Below are positions 62,401 through 64,000 of a stretch of 64,000 bases of DNA, piece by piece. The translations under genes and the position numbers were made by a program. The DNA is from Phoronis australis. Lineage: Eukaryota > Animalia > Phoronida. Below the pieces are notes generated by a model. That model was not told the DNA's origin, made no database searches, and saw nothing but the letters and a program-made list of their open reading frames with translations. The first letter of the stretch is position 1; each line of letters opens with the position of its first letter. Where the stretch lies: the NCBI GenBank assembly GCA_002633005.1, contig NMRA01000694.1, positions 62,001 to 126,000 of the forward strand, written 5' to 3'.

Positions 62401-64000
62401 TTCTAACTATGCAGAATAATTTGAATTTCAAGTATTTTCTATAAAAAAATTAACTCTGTCAAAAAATAGGATGTGTTGTTGTTAACCTCGTCAAGAGATA
62501 AGAATAGTTCACAATCTTCATTCAACAACCTGGCATGCACGAATAAAACCAAATCATAGACAACTGAACATTTCAAAACCTTAAATCGAAACTTGCACAA
62601 GTATTATAATTATCATACAGCATCAAACAAAGAAAAACAAAAACAGAGCCTTAGGTGTTTGAAAAGTAGCAGCCTTTGCAAACATTTTGAAGAATCTCTT
62701 TAATGCTGACTAATTGTAGATTGTTTTGTTTGTTCAACATTTGTATGCTGAGCCTGGTACATGAAATAATCATATGACACTATGGACTTAGTTGAACACA
62801 TCCATACGTTGAAGGGTAAATGAGTATTTTATATCCAGTTAACTAAATAAATTTAGGCAATAATATCAAAATAATAATTTCAGGCATACAAAGCTATAGC
62901 AGTAAATAAAATATTAGTTGTCTGAAAAGCACGGTCCACATGTGATACCAAATCTTTTAATGTCAGCATTGTACAGCCTTTCATGGTCTATGCAGAACTC
63001 TGGAGTCGCACTTTTCAAAGCACTGAGACTTGATATAATCCATTAATTTGAGGTATCTGTCCACAACAGGAACTGATGACTGGCACAGTGTTGGTGGTAG
63101 TGGGCATTAGCTCCCAAGAATTGTAGTCATTTCACTTCATCATGCATGTTTTCAAAGTCTTCTGTACTAAAAGTTGAAAAATATTCAGTTAGAGGGTATC
63201 AAGTAACAGTAAGTGAATTTGAATTTTGAATTGAGCTTGTTGCTCAGGAAATACATGAATGCTTTCTTAGTTAATTAGCCATAGTCTTTAGAAAATTTAA
63301 TATATATGCTTTTGACTGAGAGCATTAATAAGGGGGTTATCTGGTACACTAATGAAAACTGCAGAAATAGGAAAACTACCATGAAACTTTTTTGAAGTCT
63401 ATTCACTGAAGGAAAATAATGAGTACAAAGCATGGGTATCAGTGACAATTGCATTAACTTTCTCATAACTTCGTATTTCTTACATCTATAAACACGATGT
63501 TTCATTGTAAATGCAATTCAATTTTTTACATTATTTGGCTAGTGGGAATATCCAGCACCAACATACATTTATCAAAGGCTTCAAACTCATAACCTCTGCA
63601 GTACTATGACTGTTTGAATGACTTTCACGAAGTAGCTTATGTCACTCAATAGGACCTTAACTCATAAGCCAAAGTGAGTACACTTTCCAATTTGCTGTTT
63701 GTGATAGCCAGATATCTGTAGCATGTCATTAACTCATAGCTGAATTTTGATTTTTAGTCCTATGAGCAGAACAGTTTAACCAGTATGGCGTTATCAGAAC
63801 ATACTGCAGAGACACTACGGGTTATAGATGACTGGTGGCAATGACAAACCTCTAATATCCAATACATCTCTTACTTCGTGCCTAGCTCNTTCTTTGAGCT
63901 GGCCATTGTTAGGGTGCATCAGTGCTTTGGACCATTTTTGCGGGATGTTGTGACATGGAAAAATGGTGTTTACTTCCACAAAGGTCACGACAAGATATGG

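Noticed and set aside
63530-64000. Minus-strand fragments TDIWLSQ and SHSTAE resembling an Ac/ZBED hAT transposase
   Set aside because: Too many stops and frameshifts to support by eye; would need a profile search.

Overview
AT-rich eukaryotic draft-assembly DNA, most consistent with an invertebrate animal (spliceosomal GT-AG exons, metazoan TE families), with three N-gaps and four single-N joins. There are no prokaryotic features and no intact host gene. The window is a deeply nested transposon landscape. It holds a gag-only Ty3/Gypsy-type LTR element (9609-13853, tRNA-Leu PBS), a young BEL/Pao element (55132-59601, perfect 5-bp TSD), hAT, Sola3, Harbinger, Tc2/pogo-like and Kolobok-like remnants, two THAP pseudo-domains, hAT-like MITEs with unusual 5- and 6-bp TSDs, and Helentron-type (HINE) arrays rich in CTCF-like motifs. 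Removing the TEs reveals a tandemly duplicated host unit whose copies each carry a phase-2 symmetric micro-exon encoding a CxxC motif. The best novel candidate is the BEL element: it has no tRNA PBS, but it has a 13-nt sequence next to the 5' LTR that is perfectly complementary to a site inside the LTR, resembling the Tf1-type self-priming architecture. All alignments and identities were judged by eye.
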